This document shows, in pieces, positions 59,190 to 64,000 of a stretch of DNA of 64,000 nt. The stretch is from a virus. The stretch covers positions 1 to 64,000 of IMG/VR virus record IMGVR_UViG_3300038678_000291; one strand, written 5' to 3'. A program made the position numbers and the translations under genes. The notes beneath the pieces were generated by a model, which saw only the letters and a program-made list of their open reading frames with translations, was not told the DNA's origin and ran no database searches. Within the stretch, counting starts at the first letter, position 1. The number at the start of each line of letters is the position of its first letter.

Positions 59190-59741
59190 ATGACCTGTAT
59201 AGTGGGATATGTAGAAAAAGAAAGGGTTTATATAGGCGGTGATTCGGCAGGATTGGCGGGCTGGAGCAGTCTTGCTAGGGCAGATGAAAAAGTGTTCGTG
59301 AAACCCAACAATGGGAATCCCATGATATTTGGTTTTACATCTTCATTTAGGATGGGGCAAATAATTAGATATTCGTTTAAGTTGCCGGAGCAATCAAGCA
59401 AATCATCAGACTATGAATATTTATGCTCAGTGTTTGTAGATGAACTTAGAAAAAGTTTCAAGGACAAGGGTTACTGTGAAGTAAAAGACAACAAAGAAAG
59501 AGGCGGGACTTTCCTGATGGGATATAAGGGGGCTTTGTATCAGATAAATCCTGATTTTCAGGTTGGTCAATCACTGAAAAATTATGAAGCTGTTGGGTGC
59601 GGGCAGGATTTGGCACTAGGAGCTTTGTTTGCTCTTGAGAATAATCAAGCATCTCCAGACCATAAGATAAAAGTAGCATTACAGGCCGCCACTGAGTTTT
59701 CTGGTGCCGTGAGACCCCCATATAACATTTTGAGCATTTAG
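59190..59741 (+). CDS. Ntn-hydrolase (HslV/proteasome-beta-like) protein
   Basis: MTCIVG...GGDS, K at the expected position, AVGCG...ALGAL. Confidence 0.8.
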   Translation: MTCIVGYVEKERVYIGGDSAGLAGWSSLARADEKVFVKPNNGNPMIFGFTSSFRMGQIIRYSFKLPEQSSKSSDYEYLCSVFVDELRKSFKDKGYCEVKDNKERGGTFLMGYKGALYQINPDFQVGQSLKNYEAVGCGQDLALGALFALENNQASPDHKIKVALQAATEFSGAVRPPYNILSI

Positions 59742-60323
59742 TGAGGTGACAAGATGATTAGGTTTATCAAAAACTTGAAACAAGAATTTGGTAGGGTTGG
59801 CTATAACCCCCCGCCCACCAAAGATTATACCCGGCCAGCGAAGCCCCCACCGGCACCGCCAGCAATACGCAAGGTTAGTTGCAATTGCCCACTTTAGGCA
59901 AATGTGTTGTCTTGAAGGAGGTTTAATATTATGCACTGCGTGACAGACAGATCGGGGAAAATGTTTGTTCCCAATGAACCGAATCGACATAATCCACCAG
60001 AAGGCATGGTCGCCCGTGAAACCAGTAAGCATGGCTACCGGTGCAAGTGCTTTCTGTGCATTAAGCGCCGCCCAACCTTTAGGGAAAAGATGGTGATAAA
60101 ATGACAGTAGATAATATACTCTTCGTTCATTCAATTCTGCTGGCAATTGGGTTTATTCTGCAATGCGTGTGTTTTAAGCTAATAATAACAGGTTGGAAAC
60201 TGCTTAAATCAGAAGCGAGACGGTGATTAAGCGATGAACATAGGAAGCTTTTTGGATGGGATGTTAACTGCGTGTATGATTTTAATTATTTTAGGTATGA
60301 TTTTTGATTGAGGATAAACCTAC

Positions 60324-61319
60324 ATGCGACTCATCTTCAACCTCCTCAATTGCGGTTTGGCCAATAACGGTGGTAGTGACACCATTATCAGGTCGGCAAA
60401 CACCTTGATGGACTTAGGCCATAAAGTTACAATAGTTGACAACATAAACTGTAGCTATACCTGGGGGGAGATAAGGGCAGAGCACAGGAAAATCAGGAAT
60501 CCAGCCGACATTCCCGATGCCGATGCAGTCATCTCTACCGGGTTCAAAACGGTAATTGAATCTTTATCGTTTCCTGCCCGGTGCGGTAAGCGATTCCATT
60601 GGATTAGGGGGTGGGAGACTTGGACTTACCCGGGGCAGTACATAAGATCAACTATATTGGGCTATCCGGTAACAAGAATGGTTAATGGTGTTCAGCTACA
60701 GCAAAAGCTGGCTGGTTATGGAGTTGCCTCACACCTTGTAAGGCCAGGCTATGATTTTGATAAATTCTTTTTTTCTGAAGCGAATATGAGAAGTTCCGGC
60801 TGTGTTGTTGTCGGGGGCCTTTATAATACTGGCAAAAAGAGGGGCAGCAAACGCACAGAGTGGATATTAGAAACAGCCGCAAGGCTAAAGCGTGAATACA
60901 ACAATGTCAATCTTACAATATTTGGGGTTCACGAAAACCCAAAGATTGATGTTATTGATACTTACCATCAGTTGCCACCGCAAAATCTGACAAACACTAT
61001 ATACAACCTGATTCATATCTGGCTGGCTCCCACAATGCTTGAGGGGTTGCACAAGCCCCCCGCTGAGGCGATGCTCACTGAATGTCCAGTGGTAGGAACT
61101 GATGCTGAACTGAGTGGAATGAGTGATTACCTGGTGCATAACAAGACAGGGCTGGTAGCTGAAAATAACCTGGACTCTTTTGTTGAGCATGTCAGTCTTT
61201 TGGTGGCAGATAAGGAATTGAGAAGGCGGCTGGGTAAGCAGGCTCGGCAGGCAGTCCTGGCATTGGGGAACAGACAGGATAATATGCAGAAGATGGTTGA
61301 GGTATTGGAAAATGGCTAA
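60324..61319 (+). CDS. Glycosyltransferase family 4
   Basis: NGG....L...GH.V, EGL..PP.EAM...CPVV, V....TGL. Confidence 0.9.
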   Translation: MRLIFNLLNCGLANNGGSDTIIRSANTLMDLGHKVTIVDNINCSYTWGEIRAEHRKIRNPADIPDADAVISTGFKTVIESLSFPARCGKRFHWIRGWETWTYPGQYIRSTILGYPVTRMVNGVQLQQKLAGYGVASHLVRPGYDFDKFFFSEANMRSSGCVVVGGLYNTGKKRGSKRTEWILETAARLKREYNNVNLTIFGVHENPKIDVIDTYHQLPPQNLTNTIYNLIHIWLAPTMLEGLHKPPAEAMLTECPVVGTDAELSGMSDYLVHNKTGLVAENNLDSFVEHVSLLVADKELRRRLGKQARQAVLALGNRQDNMQKMVEVLENG

Positions 61320-61493
61320 AAATGGTATTTGTACCGCTGGGATAGTTTGTGGATGGATGGTTATCGGGACAGGCACAATAGGGGTTTTTAATCCCAAAAT
61401 GGTTGCACAGGAACCACGGTTGGTTGCAGTTATGTTGATGGCGACAGGGCTAATTATGATATTGGCCTTATTGCTATTGCTAAGTGGGTCAAA

Positions 61494-62966
61494 ATGAGTA
61501 AAATGTCTAACTTAAAATTCCCTCAGTTGAGCATAGTTACGGCCTGCTATAACGCAGCCCCCTTTATAGGGGACTTATTTAAAAGTCTTGTATGCCAAGA
61601 TTACCAGAATTGGGAGCTGGTGATCATTGATGACTGCTCAACCGATAATTCCATTGAAACCATCAAGCTGGCTATCAAGGCATTTGATATAGAGGGTAAG
61701 GTCAACCTGCTAACTCAAAACAAAAACAGGGGGTATGGCTACACACTGTGGAATGCTATCAGACACAGTAGGGGGCCGTTAATTGCCGTGGTGGACGCCG
61801 ACGACGCCCTAGCCGGGCATAAAGCCTTATCTGAAACTGTTAAAACTCACAACAAGTATCCAGATGTTGCACTGACATACAGCGATTACATAGAGTGTAA
61901 CAATAGACTAGAACAACGGTCGGTTTATCATACACGGCAACTTAAAAGCTGCGAACAATATATCAATACTAAGATAAGATTAAACCATCTAAAATGTTTT
62001 AAGAGAAGCTTTTATGATGCCACAGAGGGGGTAAACAAGAAACTGCGGCGATCTGTAGATAAGGATTTAGTATTGAAGTTTGAAGAGGTTGGCAGGTTGT
62101 TATATATTCCCACACCACTTTACTTATATCGCAAACACAGGAATGGTGTCTCCCGCACCGACCATAAAAAAGGCAAAGAATATATCGCTCAGATAAACAG
62201 GACCAGAAAACAGATATATGAAGATGCTTGGATGAGGCGGCAACAATCTCTTACATGGTTAAACCCCGAAAAGTGTCAGGCATTACAGAATAAATGGGGT
62301 AATTATAACAGTTTTGGTAAATGCCCAAATCAGGGAAACAAGAAGGATGTTATAAAAGTCTTAAAACAAGTTATCAGTACATTTGGCAAAGAAAAGCCAA
62401 GCGTATTGGATGTAGGATGCGGTGCAGGCCATTTTATGTGGGTAATAAAAGACAGAGTATCCAAGTTAATTGGCCTTGACTTTTCGCCTGAGATGCTCAA
62501 ACTAACCAGAAAACAATTTGCCAAAACAATGATAATACCAGAACTTCTTTATGAGTCATGCTGGAAAATCCCGTTGCCCGATAACTCTGTTGATATTGTG
62601 TATCAGGTTGATGTGGCTATGCACATAGGGGGAAGTTGGGAATCAATCCAAGAGATGATGCGGGTCAGCAGGAAATATATAATTTTTACCGGCCCATCGT
62701 TTGAGTCAAACCTTACAACTGAAATGGATATGCCGATGGGATCAGGAAAAAGGTGGGCAGTTAGCATCCCACTTTTAAAGCGGAAGCTGGGAAAATTAGA
62801 GTCTAATGGTGAAATCAAATCATATGATTTTAGAAAAAGAGTGCCAACATCGGTTTATAACCATAAAATTCTTGTGATAGAAAAACCAACGGAATGCCCG
62901 GAAAGCTCAAAGATGTTCTCCTTGCTTACCCCGCAAGTATGTAGGCGGGAGGCAGTTGCGCTATGA
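61494..62966 (+). CDS. GT2 glycosyltransferase fused to a class I SAM methyltransferase
   Basis: SIV..CYN, IDDCSTD, VDADD; VLDVGCGAG, GLDFS..ML, PLPDNSVD. Confidence 0.92.
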   Translation: MSKMSNLKFPQLSIVTACYNAAPFIGDLFKSLVCQDYQNWELVIIDDCSTDNSIETIKLAIKAFDIEGKVNLLTQNKNRGYGYTLWNAIRHSRGPLIAVVDADDALAGHKALSETVKTHNKYPDVALTYSDYIECNNRLEQRSVYHTRQLKSCEQYINTKIRLNHLKCFKRSFYDATEGVNKKLRRSVDKDLVLKFEEVGRLLYIPTPLYLYRKHRNGVSRTDHKKGKEYIAQINRTRKQIYEDAWMRRQQSLTWLNPEKCQALQNKWGNYNSFGKCPNQGNKKDVIKVLKQVISTFGKEKPSVLDVGCGAGHFMWVIKDRVSKLIGLDFSPEMLKLTRKQFAKTMIIPELLYESCWKIPLPDNSVDIVYQVDVAMHIGGSWESIQEMMRVSRKYIIFTGPSFESNLTTEMDMPMGSGKRWAVSIPLLKRKLGKLESNGEIKSYDFRKRVPTSVYNHKILVIEKPTECPESSKMFSLLTPQVCRREAVAL

Positions 62967-63751
62967 ACCAAGAATATATACCCAAAATCAGTGTGGCAAT
63001 GGCTTGCTACAACTCGGCTAAATACCTTAAAGCAGCCATTAAGAGCATATTGAGGCAGACATATACAAACTGGGAGATTGTTTTTGTAGAAGATATGTCA
63101 ACAGATAATACAGCGCATCTGCTTAAAAAATATATCGTAAAATATTCTTTAAAGGAGAAGGAAATTGTAATTCGGCACAATGAAAACCTGGGGTATGGTA
63201 CCAGCCTACATGATGCCATTAAGTACGGCACAGGTGAACTTGTGGCCGTGGTAGATTCAGATGATGCGCTGGCCGGTAAATATGCCTTCGCTAAAATGGT
63301 TGAAGCACACAGGACGCATCCCGATGCATCACTGTGTTACAGTACATATTATTTTTGCCGGAACAAACTAAGCACAAGATTTGTTAAAGATGTTATCCCT
63401 ATTCCCGCCGGGCAAACTTATCTGTATACATTGCTAAACCCAGGAACAAGGGGGAACGGAAAGGGGTTATATCATAGGGTTAGCCACCTGAAAGTATTTA
63501 AGCGGGCTTGCTATGATAGAACCGAAGGGTTGATGCGGGGGTTAAGGAAGGCAGTTGATCGGGATTTGGTGCTGAAGCTAGAGGAAGTGGGGCAATTGAT
63601 ATTCATAAACGAGCCGTTATACATCCACCGCAAACATGACGGGAATATTACGAACTTGTGGGGGGAGATGTCTAAAGCAGAGAGGGCTGAGATTATAGCT
63701 GCTAAAAAACAGATAATAAGAAATGCCCAGGTACGGAGGGGGATGGTATGA
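62963..63751 (+). CDS. GT2 glycosyltransferase, paralogous to the upstream GT2 domain
   Basis: ISV.M.CYN, VED.STD, VDSDD, shared HLK.FKR..YD.TEG and VD.DLVLK.EEVG. Confidence 0.92.
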   Translation: MNQEYIPKISVAMACYNSAKYLKAAIKSILRQTYTNWEIVFVEDMSTDNTAHLLKKYIVKYSLKEKEIVIRHNENLGYGTSLHDAIKYGTGELVAVVDSDDALAGKYAFAKMVEAHRTHPDASLCYSTYYFCRNKLSTRFVKDVIPIPAGQTYLYTLLNPGTRGNGKGLYHRVSHLKVFKRACYDRTEGLMRGLRKAVDRDLVLKLEEVGQLIFINEPLYIHRKHDGNITNLWGEMSKAERAEIIAAKKQIIRNAQVRRGMV

Positions 63752-63773
63752 AATTTACTTTATTTGAGCGGAT

Positions 63774-64000
63774 ATGAAAATATATTTAGATAAGGTAAAA
63801 AAAGAGGCTGTTCTGCGCCTAGTGCCTTATTGGGAAAAAGTTGGCTGTGAAATGGTTGACAGTTCCAATAAAGCAGATATTCACCTATCGTCGGCAAGCA
63901 TAAAAAGCTCTGTAGAATCAAAATTAATATTAAGGCTGGATAGCATTAAATGGGATAAAAACGAGAATTATGAGAGACAAAACCAAGTTATAGGCCATGC
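63774..64000 (+). CDS. Partial ORF, possibly another glycosyltransferase N-terminus
   Basis: Open to the window end (MKIYLDKV...ILRLDS); context only. Confidence 0.4.
   Translation, partial: MKIYLDKVKKEAVLRLVPYWEKVGCEMVDSSNKADIHLSSASIKSSVESKLILRLDSIKWDKNENYERQNQVIGH

Overview
The window is about 64 kb of a tailed dsDNA bacteriophage genome (HK97-type head); no host genes or integrase are visible, and the map looks circularly permuted. Layout: tail/virion accessory genes (+, 1-7336); a long leftward early region (7269-27713) with a DNA methyltransferase, tRNA(CAT), many HTH regulators, an SMC-like ATPase, RecT/YqaJ, a cassette-like cluster of small genes and many structured non-coding elements; a divergent promoter switch (27761-28082); then rightward replication, a type IV-B-like CRISPR effector operon with no array (32496-35690), lysis, packaging, head genes and a glycosyltransferase cluster. 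The strongest candidate for a novel system is 12565-14083 (-): a lone Cas7/RAMP-like gene followed directly by about 810 nt of non-coding sequence made of tandem NGY-NN pentamers (conserved triplet plus variable dinucleotide, punctuated by 6-mers). This architecture suggests an RNA-guided system with a non-contiguous guide code. Other notable items are three tRNA-mimic elements, a tandem array of closed-stem RNA domains, attC-like repeats between small genes, a G13 frameshift in the replication initiator and an ATPase-less DnaX fragment. All protein calls come from reading motifs by eye; no database searches were run.
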